A stretch of 64,000 nucleotides of DNA, taken from contig CAVUDP010000002.1 of assembly GCA_963740315.1 (NCBI GenBank), forward strand, positions 2,080,001 through 2,144,000, read 5' to 3'. The position numbers and the translations under genes were made by a program. This DNA is from an uncultured cyanobacterium (lineage in GTDB: Bacteria; Cyanobacteriota; Cyanobacteriia; Cyanobacteriales; Nostocaceae). Under the pieces are notes generated by a model. It did not search any database and had not been told where the DNA came from. It was given only the letters and a program-made list of their open reading frames with translations. Shown here piece by piece: positions 41,716 to 52,815 of this stretch. Position 1 is the stretch's first letter, and each line of letters starts with the position of its first letter.

Positions 41716-43671
41716 ATGATTATTGAACCCAACTCTAAATACAGATTAGAACTGCAAGAAGAGTTGAAAGTAGCTCAAGCACTGATAAATCATGCTGATT
41801 ATGCTGCTTTTTGCCTAGATGAGAATGCTCAGTTTCTATACGTTAACAATGCAACTTGTTCGCTTTTTGGGTATTCCCGACAAGAAATACTTTCAATAAA
41901 CTTGCGATCGGTAGATATTTACTGGGAACAGCACAAATGGCTGCAACAATGGAAATTACTCGATCAACAAGGTTCGATAAGTTTTGAAACTTGCTATCGC
42001 AACTCCAAGGGTGAGGTGTTTCCCGTTGAAGTCACTCTTATTGTGGAAGAATTAGATGGTAGGCAAGTTTGTTGTGCTTATGCTTGCCTTTCAAACAAGA
42101 AATTGCCAAAGCCGAAAGCGCGTGGAAGAGCGCTAGAATCACCAGAGCATCTCGAAAATCTCGAACAAGAATTCTCTGAATATCAAAAGACAGATGACGA
42201 GTTGAGAAATTCTCTTTCTTTATTAAGCTCTACCTTAGAGTCTACTGCTAATGGTATACTTGCAATCAACTTTAAAGGAGAAATACTTTACTACAATCAA
42301 AAGTTTATCGATATGTGGCATCTCCCTGCCTCTGTCAGGATATCAAAGAACTCTAATGAAGCTAAAGCTTTTTTTGAAAGTCAGGTTAAGGATGTAGAAA
42401 TCTTTCGTTCGCATATTTGGCAATTACCTACACAGTCTGATTCGGAGACTTATAATCTTTTAGAATTGAAAGATGGAAGGATATTTGCACACCATAGTGA
42501 GCCTTATAGACTTAATGGCAATATTATTGGTATAGTGTGGAGTATCTGGGATATAACAGAATCAAGGCGAACGGAGGAAGCGCTTAAACTGAATGAAGCG
42601 AGATTTCGCACTTTGGCACAAAATACCGAAGCAGGCATTATTCTACTTCATAAAAGTCATGTTTGTTATGTCAATCGAGCAGCAGAGGCGTTAACTGGCT
42701 ATTCGTTAAAAGAATTAACTCGCAACAACTTCGATTTTGACAAAATAGTTCTAGCAAAGCAGTGCAGACAGGTACGCAAGCAGGATGGAGCCAGCTGCGA
42801 GTATCAAGAAATGCAAATTTTGACAAAACAAGGTAACGAGCGCTGGTTAGCTTGTACGGTTGTACAACTCGATGGATTGCTTGATTTTGCGGGGAAAGAA
42901 GTAGAGATGATTACGGCAATTGATATTACCGATTATAAAAAAGCCGAATCGGAACTTCTTCAAGCATTAGAACAAGCAAGAAAATTGAGCGAACTTAGAC
43001 AGCGTTTTGTTTCGATGCTTTGTCACCAATTCCGTACTCCCCTTAACATTGTTTCTTTCTCATCTGATTTACTTAGACGTAATATTCATCAATGGAGTGA
43101 GGAGAAAAATCGCTCTTATCTGGATTTGATTCAAGATGCTGTAGAACAAATTAGCGAATTGCTGGATGAGATTTTGTTGTTTGGTAAGGCTGAAGCTGAT
43201 AAATTAAAGTGCGAGCCAAGACAACTTGATTTGAAGCAATTTTGTAGGGACATCATAGCACAGATGTACCTTGCAGGAGGCAAGCAAAAAGCAATTAATT
43301 TTATGAGTGAAGGTGAATGTTCCACCGTTAGTGTCGATCCTAAATTGTTACAACACATCTTAACTAACTTGATTTCTAATGCTGTTAAATACTCCGTGGG
43401 CAGCAACTCCGTGACTTTAGAACTTATATGTGGAGAAGATGATGTAATTTTTAAAGTTAAAGATAAAGGAATTGGAATTCCAGCAGTAGATCAACAGCAG
43501 ATATTTGAGCCTTTTTATCGAGGCAGCAATATTGACAGCATACCCGGTACCGGGTTGGGTTTATCAATTGTAAAAACTCTTGCAGATTTACATGGATGTG
43601 AAATTAGCTTGTCAAGTAAAGTTGGTATCGGAACTACCATTATTCTTAGACTGCCATCTAATCAGACTTAA
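41716..43671 (+). CDS. Multi-PAS sensor histidine kinase of the scytonemin two-component system (ATG 41716 preferred over TTG 41647)
   Basis: PAS domains, HQFRTPL H-box, NAVKY, DKGIGI and GTGLGL; divergent from scyA like NpF1277. Confidence 0.92.
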   Translation: MIIEPNSKYRLELQEELKVAQALINHADYAAFCLDENAQFLYVNNATCSLFGYSRQEILSINLRSVDIYWEQHKWLQQWKLLDQQGSISFETCYRNSKGEVFPVEVTLIVEELDGRQVCCAYACLSNKKLPKPKARGRALESPEHLENLEQEFSEYQKTDDELRNSLSLLSSTLESTANGILAINFKGEILYYNQKFIDMWHLPASVRISKNSNEAKAFFESQVKDVEIFRSHIWQLPTQSDSETYNLLELKDGRIFAHHSEPYRLNGNIIGIVWSIWDITESRRTEEALKLNEARFRTLAQNTEAGIILLHKSHVCYVNRAAEALTGYSLKELTRNNFDFDKIVLAKQCRQVRKQDGASCEYQEMQILTKQGNERWLACTVVQLDGLLDFAGKEVEMITAIDITDYKKAESELLQALEQARKLSELRQRFVSMLCHQFRTPLNIVSFSSDLLRRNIHQWSEEKNRSYLDLIQDAVEQISELLDEILLFGKAEADKLKCEPRQLDLKQFCRDIIAQMYLAGGKQKAINFMSEGECSTVSVDPKLLQHILTNLISNAVKYSVGSNSVTLELICGEDDVIFKVKDKGIGIPAVDQQQIFEPFYRGSNIDSIPGTGLGLSIVKTLADLHGCEISLSSKVGIGTTIILRLPSNQT

Positions 43672-43859
43672 TTTCAGTCATGTTGTCAATCTTAGATTTC
43701 TATCTAATCAGACTCAAATTCCAGTAGTATTGGTATAAGCAAGAATTTTTAAAAATCAAATTTAAAAATCGAATTTCAATTGTTAGTTTATAGCTAAATA
43801 TATTAATCCCCTTTTACTCGGCATTGAATTTCAACCCTTAACCTTTATAGTAATTAATC

Positions 43860-44681
43860 ATGATGGACGCAATCTCAAAAAAAATTCTGGTTATAGAAGA
43901 CGATGCTCGTACCCGTAATATGTATTTAGACAGTCTCAATAGTGAAGGATTTGAGACGATAAGTGCGTCGAATGGCACTGCGGGAATTCAACAAGCTCTT
44001 TCTCATTTACCCGACTTGGTAATTTGTGATGTATTAATGCCCGATATGGATGGGTACAGTGTTTTAAAGCAATTACGTCAAAATTCCCTTACGGCAGTTA
44101 TTCCTTTTATTTTTCTTACTGGTAGAGGTAGTAAAGAAGATTTTCGTAAAGGTATGGAGTCTGGTGCCGACGACTATCTAGTTAAACCTGCCACAGCCGA
44201 ACAGTTGTTAAAAGCGATCGCCACTCGATTAGAGAAAAAGCAGGCTTTCCTTCGTTATTGTCGTAATAACTTCAATGGTATTTCTATACCGGGACTAAAT
44301 GATGTATCAAAAGAAGAGAAGTCTATTTTTCCAATTGTTCCTCAGTTGAAAGAAGTGTTTGATTTTATTGAAGCTAACTATGACAAGGGAATCACCTTGA
44401 GCGATGTAGCTGAAGCTGTCGGTTATTCCGCTGCTTATTTAACTAATCGAGTCGCAAAAATCACTGGAGAAACGGTAAACAGTTGGATTGTTAAGCGTCG
44501 TATGGCAGCCGCGCGTTATCTACTTAAGAATAGCAGCCAAAATATCGAAGAAATCGCGACAAATGTTGGCTATCAAAATGCCTGTCATTTTTCCCGACAA
44601 TTTCGCCAACATCACGATATCCCTCCTCAAAGCTGGAGGAAAAAAAATCAACTCATCGAACGTTATCCAGTCGAAGTATAG
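43860..44681 (+). CDS. REC + AraC-HTH response regulator of scytonemin synthesis
   Basis: VIEDD, DVLMPDMDG and GADDYLVKP receiver motifs; IATNVGYQNACHFSRQF AraC HTH; NpF1278-like position. Confidence 0.92.
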   Translation: MMDAISKKILVIEDDARTRNMYLDSLNSEGFETISASNGTAGIQQALSHLPDLVICDVLMPDMDGYSVLKQLRQNSLTAVIPFIFLTGRGSKEDFRKGMESGADDYLVKPATAEQLLKAIATRLEKKQAFLRYCRNNFNGISIPGLNDVSKEEKSIFPIVPQLKEVFDFIEANYDKGITLSDVAEAVGYSAAYLTNRVAKITGETVNSWIVKRRMAAARYLLKNSSQNIEEIATNVGYQNACHFSRQFRQHHDIPPQSWRKKNQLIERYPVEV

Positions 44682-45130
44682 TGATGTAATCTTGTACCAT
44701 TCTTAACAAGACGAAAGAAACCCGGTTTCTGTGAATTATTCCGGGTTTTGGTAGTGCCCCCTTTGAAGTAAAGTTGACGCAATAATAATATAGGCAATTA
44801 ATCAAACGGTATTATATTGCTTGTAGCGTGGAAGGCAGCACTATAATAGTTGGGAATTTGCTACCGCGCTATATAAATATATGCCGTTTCAGTTTAAAGA
44901 TATATCGCAGATTTTAACGCCGGTGCAATAGTTCTCAACACTCGATCTATAAGAAGGTGGAAGATGATTTTATTTAAAAACGGGATGTTTTGCAACGCTA
45001 TAGCGCGTGTTCTGTTTTTTATATGGTAAAAGGACGGTAAATAGCGCACGAATAAAGCTTTTAAACAAAAAAATCTTAATCAAGTAGCGATCGCCACTAT
45101 CATTACTTATCGATGCAAGGTAATGGAAAA

Positions 45131-45256
45131 CTAGTATTCGATTGCATAATTTTTTATCGGTAATAAAGGTTCTACGTGCCCGCTGTACTCGCTCCGGATT
45201 TAGGGAACCAATGCCCTTACTACAAACCTGTCAAAATTAATCGGACAGACTACTAG
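45131..45256. mobile_element. Solo copy of the CTAG-bounded MITE-like unit
   Basis: Bounded by CTAGTA...TACTAG; shares GATTGCATAATTTTT, GGTAATAAAGGTT and CCGGATTTAGGGAACC with 5654-6315. Confidence 0.6.
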
Positions 45257-45979
45257 TTAAACATTTTTACAAAAAACATTCGGGTAAAAAAACGCATCGG
45301 TGCTTGCAAATATTTACGTGCGATCGTCAGCTACTTAATCAAAACTTTATAAAAAAAGCACAGGATTAAAGTAAATTTGGTTATTTTGTTTTCAAAAATG
45401 ATATATGTTATACGTAAATATAGAAAATATTGATTAAAATTTAGATTGTGAAAACATAAAAAACATAACTTAGAAGGTAACTTCATAATCAAGAAGACTA
45501 AAGTAGCATTCTTTAAAGATTTTTTTTCGATAAATTATTATAGGAGTAATACTTTAAATATTGAAGATACTGTTTAGCTTAAGCGCAATTAACTATTTGA
45601 TGCATAAGCTTCTTGAGTACTAAACTAGCTTCTCTAAATATAGATGAATATAGATAAAAATCAATTTAACTAAATCCGTTACATTTACTTTATATAAATA
45701 AGCGGAATAAATTGTTTTTTTTGCAGGCTTAGATATATTGTTTGGTTTATATAGATTAGTGGAGGATAACTATAAAAATCAAGCAAAAAAGTTGAATTTA
45801 ATACTACTTTATCTATAAAAAATATTGATGAATAATTAAATAAAATAAAGTATTTTTTTATTTATTCGGAGAATAATCTATAAAGATGAATTAGCATATA
45901 AAAGAATCATCTCATCTTGCCAATAAAAGCACGAATTAGCGATAAAATCTTCAGAGTCATCAAACTAACAAATACAACC

Positions 45980-46696
45980 ATGAAAAAGTCTAATTCAAAA
46001 TTTCAACGCCTGCAAGAAGTTTTAGTTACTGGTTTATTCGCAGAGCTATCTGCTATTGCTTTGGGTCCAAAGTTAAGAAAACTAGTATATAAAGGTATAT
46101 TAGGTCAAATAGGTGAATCAGTTTATATACAAAACGGCGTTGAATTATTAGGTGCCTGTAGAATAGAACTCGGCAATAAAGTACATCTTTTCAAAGGAGT
46201 TCGTTTAGATGCTTTGGGAGATGAAAATAACAAAATTGTTTTAGAAGAAGGAGTTGCCATTGAACGCAATGTTGATATTGGAGCTTTAGATAATACTCAA
46301 ATTTATATCGATAAAGGTACATTTATTGGTGTTGGCGTTTGTATTGCAGGACCGGGAAATGTCAAAATTGGTAAACGCTGTTTGATTGCCGCCCATAGTG
46401 GAATATTTGCCAATAACCATAGCTATGCAGATCCATTAAAATATATTGCCGACCAAGAAGTTACATCTCAAGGAATTACTATCGAAGATGGCTGCTGGTT
46501 GGGACACGGTGTTACCGTAACAGATGGAGTAACTATTGGTAAAGGTAGCGTTATTGGTGCGGGTGCAGTAGTCACCAAAGATATTCCTCCTTATTCAATA
46601 GCCGTTGGGATGCCAGCACGAGTTATTAAAACTCGTCTTCCCGAAGAATCTATAAATCCTACAGATTTAGTTACGTTGTCAACTAATTCCAGATAA
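45980..46696 (+). CDS. Hexapeptide-repeat acyltransferase (ATG 45980 preferred)
   Basis: Left-handed beta-helix repeats; IEDGCWLG..VTIGKGSVIGAGAVVTKDIPPYSIAVG. Confidence 0.9.
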   Translation: MKKSNSKFQRLQEVLVTGLFAELSAIALGPKLRKLVYKGILGQIGESVYIQNGVELLGACRIELGNKVHLFKGVRLDALGDENNKIVLEEGVAIERNVDIGALDNTQIYIDKGTFIGVGVCIAGPGNVKIGKRCLIAAHSGIFANNHSYADPLKYIADQEVTSQGITIEDGCWLGHGVTVTDGVTIGKGSVIGAGAVVTKDIPPYSIAVGMPARVIKTRLPEESINPTDLVTLSTNSR

Positions 46697-46779
46697 GACT
46701 TGGAAGTTAGGAGCATCAATATTGTTAGTCAAGCGATATTAAACATTCTTTAAACTTAAAAAATCAGGGGAATACAAGT

Positions 46780-47475
46780 ATGAATAGTAGAAAACCTGTA
46801 TCAAAATGGAAGCGGTTACAAGAAACAGTTTTAACAGTTTTGTTAGCTAACATTCCCACCAAAGCGATCGGTTCAAGATTGCGAACTTTCTTTTATCGCG
46901 GTATCTTTGCAAGTTTGGGAGAAGAAGTCTACTTACAGGATAGCGTTGAATTTATTAATCCGAGTTGTATAGAAATTGGAAAAAAAGCGCAAGTATTGCG
47001 AGGCGCGAATATAAACGCCATAGGACATCCCAACAATAAAATTTCTATTGGCGATGGAGTGCAAATTCAACAAGGAGTTGATATTAGAGCATTAAACGAT
47101 ACTCATATAAAAATTGAAGAAGACACATTTATCGGTCCTTATGTTTGTATTGCCGGACCTGGAAACATCAAAATAGGTAAAGGTTGTTTAATTGCGGCGC
47201 ATTCGGGATTATTTGCTAACAACCATAATTTTGCAGATCCGGTTGAGTATATTACCAAGCAAGGCATTACTCGCAAAGGAATTGTAATTGGAGATGACTG
47301 TTGGCTCGGACACAACGTAACGGTAACAGATGGAGTCACCATCGGTAAAGGTTGCGTGATTGGAGCGGGTTCAGTTGTAACAAAAGATATTCCTCCTTAT
47401 TCCATAGCCGTCGGTAGTCCAGCAAAAGTTGTTAAAAGCCGAATTAAAAATAAAGAATTAGTCAACATTAAATAG
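46780..47475 (+). CDS. Hexapeptide-repeat acyltransferase (paralog)
   Basis: Same motifs as the upstream gene (CIAGPGN.KIGK.CLIAAHSG.FANNH). Confidence 0.9.
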   Translation: MNSRKPVSKWKRLQETVLTVLLANIPTKAIGSRLRTFFYRGIFASLGEEVYLQDSVEFINPSCIEIGKKAQVLRGANINAIGHPNNKISIGDGVQIQQGVDIRALNDTHIKIEEDTFIGPYVCIAGPGNIKIGKGCLIAAHSGLFANNHNFADPVEYITKQGITRKGIVIGDDCWLGHNVTVTDGVTIGKGCVIGAGSVVTKDIPPYSIAVGSPAKVVKSRIKNKELVNIK

Positions 47476-47777
47476 GTAGGGAGTAGGGAGATGGGGAGAT
47501 GGGGAGATGAGGAGATGAACTATATTACCTTTGACCTTTAACCTGTTCCCAATCCCCCATGCCCATTTAACGCGAAACATATTTATTTAAATCAGCGTCG
47601 AACAACAACAGTGCCGCCTGCGACAGCGCATATCCGAGCCTGGAGAATGGTTTAAATACATCTATCGTTTATGTCCTCCAAAAATGGGGCTATTTTGGGT
47701 AATATAAAGAAGTTATCTTTTCTGCAATAGCAGATACTAAAAATAACTTTTTTGCTTAGCCCTGTGGAGAAATTGCT

Positions 47778-47894
47778 ATGTTGACTTTAAAAATCGCTGT
47801 TTATATTGTTGTCGGGTTGTTTTTAGCTACATTTATCTTTGGATTTTTGTCTAATGACCCAGCTCGTAACCCCGGACGTAATGATTTTGAGTAA
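47778..47894 (+). CDS. psbI: Photosystem II protein I
   Basis: Manual translation [44 protein letters not shown] upstream. Confidence 0.97.
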   Translation: MLTLKIAVYIVVGLFLATFIFGFLSNDPARNPGRNDFE

Positions 47895-48158
47895 TTATAG
47901 TTACTTTCGTTACTTTCGTTCATAATCGCTGCTGAAGAAAGCAGAAGATTTTATTAACGCCAAGGACACGTCGAAAGAATTATAAATATTTATTTAATTA
48001 ACTATTTTCTTTCGATAAGTGTCCTTTTTTGGGCGGAATCTGCTCGCAGGCAAAGTAGAAGGCTAAAGTTGGAAGTTTATTTTCTAAATTAATGCTTCCT
48101 CTATTAACTGTTCTGTCTTCATGCCTTAAAGACTGTTTGTTGGCTTATATATTGCGTT

Positions 48159-50654
48159 ATGCTTCATCCAGTTCTGCCGCCCGAACTACCAAATGTTGTC
48201 GATTCCATTACCGTAGCAGATGTAAGTACGGATAATTTGAGTGCATCAAAAACTAGTACTTTTAGTTTATCCACAGAATCTCCTACACCCGAAGTTTTTG
48301 AGCAGGAAGAATTTTCCCCGCCAAAATCTATTTTGAACAAAACCCAGAAGCGATCGCATAGCGAACCGGAAACTATTCTCCCACCTGAATTTTCATCCGC
48401 TAATGTCGCTAAAAATGCTGATGCTTTGGGAGAAAAGCTGAGTATAGGTTATCCGTTAGAACGGCGATCGTCCGAACGCTTAAACCATTTTGAGGCAAAG
48501 ACTGTTGCTCAAATGGTAAGCAAGGGTAAGAATTTATCTCAAAAATCTTCTCAAAAATCGCAGAAGCTTAAGAATCGAAAAATAGCTTCCGAGCAAACGC
48601 AAAAACCTACGAAAATAGAATTTTATTCTCAAGATCCAAATGCAAAAACGCCAGCGACAATAGAATTTAAATCGCGTTCTGGGCAACAAGCTCAACAAAC
48701 TATACCCGTACCGCCACCAAGTAACACAAACACGCAACCAACCCAACCGCCACAACCAACTCAACCGCCACAACCAACCCAACCGCCAACCGAGACAAGA
48801 AGAGTTATAGAAATACTTGCAGATAGGCAAATTTACGACGAAAATCGTCGGGTTGTCACCGCACAAGGTAATGTGGTAGTAAGATTTGATGGGTCTGTAG
48901 TCGATGCCGATACTTTACAAGTAAATATAGATAACTTAGTTGCTGTCGGTGAAGGAAACGTTGCAGTCACCCGTGGCGAACAAGTTTTAAGAGGAAACCG
49001 ATTTACATATAACTTTATTCAAGACACTGGGGATTTAGAAGGCGGCAGCGGCGAAATTAATGTAGCCCAAACCTCACAAGATTTGTCTTTTGACTCGCCT
49101 TCGGTAGCAGTAGGCGGCGTACCTCGTCGTCCTCCCAGCGATAGAATTAGAAGAAGTCAACCTCTAACGAATATTGGTAGCCCTGGAGGAATTGGCGTTC
49201 GTTTCGGTGGTAGAGGCGCTCGTAACATACCATCGGCGAAACAAGGAGGTGAAGTTAACCGCTTGCGGTTTGAAGCCGGACGAGTAGATTTTTATCCTCA
49301 AGGATGGGAAGCAAAAGATGTCCGCATTACCAATGACCCCTTTTCTCCTCCAGAATTAGAGGTACGTGCAGACTCAGTTACTTTAACTCGAATTTCACCT
49401 TTACGAGATAAATTAAGGTTAAAAAAACCACGTTTAGTATTTGACCAAGGTTTAACTTTAGGTATACCGGGCTACACGAGGACAATTGACCGCACCGAAC
49501 GCGATGCAACTCCCGCGCCGGTTTCCATCGGCTTTGATGGCGACGATCGCGGCGGTTTATACGTAGAGCGTTCCTTTGTAGCTGCAAATACAGAACAACT
49601 TAGTTGGAAAGTAACACCTCAGTTTTTTGCTCAACAAGCAGTACAAAATAATAACGGAAACATCCCAGCACTATTCGGTTTAAAATCGAGTTTAAATGCA
49701 ACCTTAACTCCGCGATCGCAAATTGAAGCCGGTGCAACTTTAACAAGTCTCGACTTAACCAAGTTACAAGACGAAGCGCGTGCGAGCGTGCGATACAATT
49801 ATTTACTAGGGAATCCGCTCAACCCTTATAGAGCAACATTAGAATACAGCTACCGCGATCGTCTCTACAACGGTAGTCTTGGTTTCCAAACGGTACAGAG
49901 CAGCTTCGGCGGAGTTGTGACTTCACCAAATATACCTTTAGGTAAAACTGGTTTAAACCTGAGATATCAAGCAGGCGCTCAACAAATTAGCGCCAACACC
50001 GATCGCATTGACCTACTAGATGTAAATCGAACCAACGATCGAGCTTCTTTAGGTCGTTTGCAAGCCAGCGCGACTATTGGAGGTGCTATCAACCTTTGGC
50101 AGGGTAAACCCCTTCCGCCAACCAAGGAAGGAGGATTAAAATATACATCAAATCCAGTAGTCCCCTACGTACAAACATTTGGTTCTGTTACCGGAACCGG
50201 CAGCTATTACAGCAACGGCGATAGCCAAAACACGCTTATAGGTTCAATTGGATTGCAAGGACAATTCGGTCACTTTTCCAAGAAATTTTTAGATTATACC
50301 GGCTTCAATATTAGCTATTCACAAGGTACAAACGATGGATTATCGCCCTTCCTATTCGATCGCTACGCCGATAGACAAGTATTAAGCGCCGGTATCACCC
50401 AACAACTTTACGGTCCATTCCGCCTTGCATTTCAAACAACCATCAACTTAGATACCAGCGAACGTACCAGCACTGACTATATCTTAGAATACAGTCGTCG
50501 TACTTACGGCATCAGCCTGCGTTACAACCCCGTACTAGAGCTAGGTGGTATCAGCTTCCGCATCAGCGACTTTAACTGGAGTGGTGGAACCGATCCATTT
50601 TCCGGTGGTGCAGGAGGAGTTAAACCAGTTGTGGGTGGTGTGGAGCAGCGGTAG
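48159..50654 (+). CDS. DUF3769 / LptD-like outer-membrane assembly protein
   Basis: OstA-like segment (ADRQIYD..VTAQGNV), RITNDPFSPPEL, EYSRRTY..RYNP and RISDFNW; typically follows psbI in cyanobacteria. Confidence 0.85.
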   Translation: MLHPVLPPELPNVVDSITVADVSTDNLSASKTSTFSLSTESPTPEVFEQEEFSPPKSILNKTQKRSHSEPETILPPEFSSANVAKNADALGEKLSIGYPLERRSSERLNHFEAKTVAQMVSKGKNLSQKSSQKSQKLKNRKIASEQTQKPTKIEFYSQDPNAKTPATIEFKSRSGQQAQQTIPVPPPSNTNTQPTQPPQPTQPPQPTQPPTETRRVIEILADRQIYDENRRVVTAQGNVVVRFDGSVVDADTLQVNIDNLVAVGEGNVAVTRGEQVLRGNRFTYNFIQDTGDLEGGSGEINVAQTSQDLSFDSPSVAVGGVPRRPPSDRIRRSQPLTNIGSPGGIGVRFGGRGARNIPSAKQGGEVNRLRFEAGRVDFYPQGWEAKDVRITNDPFSPPELEVRADSVTLTRISPLRDKLRLKKPRLVFDQGLTLGIPGYTRTIDRTERDATPAPVSIGFDGDDRGGLYVERSFVAANTEQLSWKVTPQFFAQQAVQNNNGNIPALFGLKSSLNATLTPRSQIEAGATLTSLDLTKLQDEARASVRYNYLLGNPLNPYRATLEYSYRDRLYNGSLGFQTVQSSFGGVVTSPNIPLGKTGLNLRYQAGAQQISANTDRIDLLDVNRTNDRASLGRLQASATIGGAINLWQGKPLPPTKEGGLKYTSNPVVPYVQTFGSVTGTGSYYSNGDSQNTLIGSIGLQGQFGHFSKKFLDYTGFNISYSQGTNDGLSPFLFDRYADRQVLSAGITQQLYGPFRLAFQTTINLDTSERTSTDYILEYSRRTYGISLRYNPVLELGGISFRISDFNWSGGTDPFSGGAGGVKPVVGGVEQR

Positions 50655-50834
50655 TTAGGAGTGAGGAGTTAGCAGTGAGCAGTGAGCAGTGAGCAGTGAG
50701 CAGTTAATTATTTAGCCCCTTGTCCCCTTTCTCCCCATCTCCCCATCCCCTCATCTCCCCATCTCCCCATCTCCCCATCCCCTCATCTCCCCATCCCCTC
50801 ATCTCCCCATCCCCTCATCTCCCCATCTCCTTAA

Positions 50835-52610
50835 TTACTTTCGCCACAATTGCTGTAAAGCATTGGCAAAATTCACAATCGCTTCTTCGATTTTCAACAT
50901 TGTGTTGTCAATCCATGCCAACATTCGCTCTAGTGGATGCTTTTGATAACCAACTAGTTCGGCTTTAGTTTCTATCCATTCTGGTTTGGCTTCAATTTCG
51001 GTTGATTCGCGGGTTTGAGCAATTTTCTTGCTTCCACTTTCCAATTCTGAACCAGGATTAATTGTAATTTTTTGCGAGATTCCAGAAGTAGTGCGAGCAT
51101 CTTGCTCGCTAGGTTTAATATAACTATCCCTCTCGCTAGGTTTAATATAACTATCCCTCTCGCTAGGTTTAATATAACTATCCCGCTCGCTAGATTTAAT
51201 ATAACCATCTTGCTCGCTAGGTTTAATATAGCTATCCCTCTCGCTAGGTTTAATATAACTATCCCTCTCGCTAGGTTTAATATAGCTATTCCGCTCGCTA
51301 GGTTTAATATAACCATCCCGCTCGCTAGGTTTAATACCATCTTGCTGGTTTTTCAAAGCACCTTTTCGTGACTGCTGTAAACCAGCTTTTTCTTTAAGTC
51401 GTAAGGTACGCCAGTTTGGAATTTTGAGTCCAAATATTTGGGAAGAATTATCTTCTGTAGAACGGTTTAATTGCTTTTTACTGGTTTCTAATTTATTTAA
51501 TGCTTGATTTGGGGGATTTAATTGTGGGAATCCATTACCAAATAGATCGGCATTACTTAACCAATTTTCCGATTGTTGGCTTTGCAGTTGAGGAGATTTA
51601 GGTTTAGTCGAAGAAAGATGACGTTTTGGTGGAGTTTGCTGATTTTTTTTACTTCTGGATTCGCCGTAAAAGTAATTAAGCGCTGCCCAAATCAAACCTT
51701 TAATTTTTGATTGCGTTTCTAAATTACTATCAGCTACTATATCTTCCCCGCTGACAGTTGCTTGGCGATCGCCGTATAAAAAGATATCTAATTTAGTTTT
51801 TACGACTTTAATAACTTCGCCACCGCGTTGCTTGACTATAATCTGAACGCGGGATACAGGTGTGAAAGCGTTTGTTTCCAAATTAGCGATCGCAGTATCT
51901 AAAGATGCCACCGTCGGATTAATTTGTAAATAGTTGTCTTCGCTCTTTACTACTGCATTTTCTGAAGGTAGCGCCTTTGTTCGATCGCCATTACCCAAAG
52001 AACGTTTTTCAAAAAAACCCTCAATAGACAATAATTTTTCTTGCTTAACTTGAGACAATCGCCACGATCGCCAATAATTAGCAATTTCAGTAATTATCTG
52101 GTTTTCTAAAGCTTGCTGTTGCATTGGAGTTAAAACGTCAAGAATTTCGTTTTCGCTCGTCACAAGCACTAAATTTTGACTATTTATTTGTGACGCAACT
52201 CCCTGAATTTGAATTTTTTGCTTGCTTAATTGAACATCTTGCAGGCTTGGTTGATTTGGATACTCGGTTTGAGGAATGGGAGAAATAGATAATTGTGAAT
52301 CATGTAGAGACAGAATATCTTGGGTTTCTACATTTTCCAGTACCCGCGCGATCGCACTGTCAGCAGAAGGTGCTGATGGTTGCAACTGTAACTTCGATTC
52401 TTCTGTAGCTCCGGGAAGTTGGGTTCCGGCTGAGTCAGCAGCTTTTTGTAACAGTAAATATATTGATTGAGAAAGTGCTTCTATTGACCAACTTGTAGCA
52501 ACTTGCAATTGTCGCAACGAGCGTCCGAATCCTTCACCGAAGCGCCGAGATTGTTTGTGAAAGAAGTTAAATAGTCTGCTTTGATAACGTCCTTTGGAAG
52601 CGGAAGACAT
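50835..52610 (-). CDS. Cyanobacterial hypothetical protein with internal 9-aa tandem repeat
   Basis: 591-aa ORF; N-terminal RYQSRLF and C-terminal WIETKA..GY.KHPLE..L.W.D motifs. Confidence 0.75.
   Translation of the reverse strand: MSSASKGRYQSRLFNFFHKQSRRFGEGFGRSLRQLQVATSWSIEALSQSIYLLLQKAADSAGTQLPGATEESKLQLQPSAPSADSAIARVLENVETQDILSLHDSQLSISPIPQTEYPNQPSLQDVQLSKQKIQIQGVASQINSQNLVLVTSENEILDVLTPMQQQALENQIITEIANYWRSWRLSQVKQEKLLSIEGFFEKRSLGNGDRTKALPSENAVVKSEDNYLQINPTVASLDTAIANLETNAFTPVSRVQIIVKQRGGEVIKVVKTKLDIFLYGDRQATVSGEDIVADSNLETQSKIKGLIWAALNYFYGESRSKKNQQTPPKRHLSSTKPKSPQLQSQQSENWLSNADLFGNGFPQLNPPNQALNKLETSKKQLNRSTEDNSSQIFGLKIPNWRTLRLKEKAGLQQSRKGALKNQQDGIKPSERDGYIKPSERNSYIKPSERDSYIKPSERDSYIKPSEQDGYIKSSERDSYIKPSERDSYIKPSERDSYIKPSEQDARTTSGISQKITINPGSELESGSKKIAQTRESTEIEAKPEWIETKAELVGYQKHPLERMLAWIDNTMLKIEEAIVNFANALQQLWRK
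51088..51346 (-). repeat. 27-bp coding tandem repeat, about 9 copies (ERDSYIKPS)
   Basis: ctcgctaggtttaatataactatccct recurs with a 27-bp period. Confidence 0.9.
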
Positions 52611-52815
52611 GGTTAGAGGTTAAAGGTTAAAGGTTAAAGGTTAAAGGTAATAATTCTGTTTTTTATCTATATTTATTTTATTGTTTCACTTTACTGTGAA
52701 AAGATATTCAAAAATTGTTACATAAGAAAATCAAAAAATAATTTATCGGTATCTTTTTTTTCAAGTTCTTTTACTATTAAGCGTATAGAACTTTTCACAT
52801 GATTTTAGCCCAAAG

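Noticed and set aside
47582..47680. Small Cys-rich ORF on the minus strand (MYLNHSPGSDMRCRRRHCCCSTLI) with GGAGG upstream
   Set aside because: Only 24 aa, SD spacing of about 13 nt is long, and I recognise no family
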